A stretch of 34,015 nt of DNA, taken from IMG/VR virus record IMGVR_UViG_3300025387_000007, positions 1-34,015 of that record; one strand, 5' to 3'. Of this stretch, positions 33,112 to 34,015 are shown piece by piece. This DNA is from a virus. Its lineage: Duplodnaviria > Caudoviricetes. The stretch's first letter is position 1, and each line of letters begins with the position of its first letter. A program made the position numbers and the translations under genes. The notes under the pieces are model-generated. The model searched no databases, was not told the DNA's origin, and saw nothing but the letters and a program-made list of their open reading frames with translations.

Positions 33112-34015
33112 TGGATGGCGTACCGCATTTTAAGGGTAACGGTGGCAAGTCTGACCGCTCGGTCAGTGCCATCGGCTAAACGCACGTAACTGGTATCCAC
33201 GCTGTCGAGGATCGTTTCCGCGACGTACACACCACCACCGAGATTGCCCCGGTAATCGGCCATGACGAAATGGTCTTCAATCGCGTCTTGGATGGCTCGC
33301 GTTGTGGACTTGCTCAGGCTCAGGAGGTCGAAAGTCACGGTTTCCGCTCGGATCGAGCTTTGACCCGTGAGCCAAATTGGCCCAATCTCCTGCCCGGTGT
33401 GATACACCAGGGCGGGGAGTGCAGACTTCTGGGGCAAGATGCTCTCATAGATGCGATTGCCTACCAGCGAGGTCAGGGCGGGGATTGTCGCCAGTTCGGC
33501 CACCAGCGATTGCTCAAAGCTGATATGGTTGCCAATGCCAGCCCCAGCCAGTGATACACCGCCAAGGGTGGTGGTCAGGCTGGCCGTTGTTGGTGCTGGT
33601 GCGGTGCTCGACGCCGTTGCCGATGTGGACAGGCTTCCAAGTGTGAGCGACAAGCCACCCGACGTTGGCGTGGGTGCTGCTGCTGTGGCCGTGCCTGCTG
33701 CTCCCAGGCTGCCAAGTGTGAGCGACAAGCCACCCGACGTTGGCGTGGGTGCTGCTGCTGTGGCCGTGCCGGATGCACCCAGGCTGCCAAGAGTGAGCGT
33801 CAAGCCACCCGTGGTTGGCGTGGGTGCTGTGGCTGAAGCTGTGGCCGTTGTGGTCAGGCTGCCAAGAGTGAGCGTCAAGCCACCCGTGGTTGGCGTGGGT
33901 GCTGCTGCTGTGGCCGTGCCGGATGCACCCAGGCTGCCAAGAGTGAGCGTCAAGCCACCCGTGGTTGGCGTGGGTGCTGTGGCTGAAGCTGTGGCCGTTG
34001 TGGTCAGGCTGCCAA
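33108..34015 (-). CDS. 3' part of the repeat-stalk protein, ending in a second DUF3168-like domain
   Basis: 25-aa repeats then 138 aa aligning without gaps to 32695..33111 (75/138 identical by hand count). Confidence 0.88.
   Translation of the reverse strand, partial: GSLTTTATASATAPTPTTGGLTLTLGSLGASGTATAAAPTPTTGGLTLTLGSLTTTATASATAPTPTTGGLTLTLGSLGASGTATAAAPTPTSGGLSLTLGSLGAAGTATAAAPTPTSGGLSLTLGSLSTSATASSTAPAPTTASLTTTLGGVSLAGAGIGNHISFEQSLVAELATIPALTSLVGNRIYESILPQKSALPALVYHTGQEIGPIWLTGQSSIRAETVTFDLLSLSKSTTRAIQDAIEDHFVMADYRGNLGGGVYVAETILDSVDTSYVRLADGTDRAVRLATVTLKMRYAIQ
33575..34015. repeat. 75-bp coding tandem repeat, right part (alternating variants LGASGTATAAA / LTTTATASATA)
   Basis: Units identical at 150-bp period near the end, diverging towards 33575. 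Confidence 0.92.

Larger units (their letters stand above)
1..34015. mobile_element. Temperate tailed phage (siphovirus, HK97-type head), apparently complete circular assembly, 33,982 bp after removing the overlap
   Basis: Full set of packaging, head, tail, integration, immunity and replication modules; no host housekeeping genes; nt 1-33 equal nt 33983-34015 and an ORF continues in frame over the junction. Confidence 0.93.

Noticed and set aside
33575-34015. Regular repeats as a CRISPR array
   Set aside because: Units are contiguous 75-bp in-frame coding repeats with no unique spacers; no cas genes
33983-34015. 33-bp biological direct terminal repeat
   Set aside because: It lies mid-gene within a tandem repeat and has a typical k-mer length; the HNH/terS arrangement points to cos ends near 9.4 kb

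Overview
The window is an apparently complete, circularly assembled ~34-kb temperate siphovirus genome. The first and last 33 nt are identical, and one ORF reads in frame across the junction. It has an HK97-type head module (HNH, TerS, TerL, portal, protease, capsid), a non-contractile tail module with a clear -1 frameshifted chaperone, a tyrosine integrase/excisionase with a candidate attP, an XRE repressor, a Bet-like recombinase, a replication initiator with internal iterons, a sigma factor and CsrA. An LEPR-XLL-type leader protein, CsrA and the integrase N-terminus suggest a Planctomycetota host (inference). The most unusual features are: (1) an accessory neck-appendage module, in which a duplicated tail-terminator domain is fused to a 25-aa Thr/Ala repeat stalk and is separated by one in-frame TAA from a beta-helix protein whose usual C-terminal 'IGAVQ' motif sits at the start of the next gene; (2) an anticodon-less tRNA-like element inside the late operon; (3) a 23-bp palindrome present three times at module boundaries; (4) a perfect 26-bp inverted repeat just upstream of the replication gene; (5) dif-like half-sites at attP; (6) a putative lysis region with a papain-like peptidase and no recognisable classical endolysin. 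All family assignments are from motif recognition by eye; no database searches were run.
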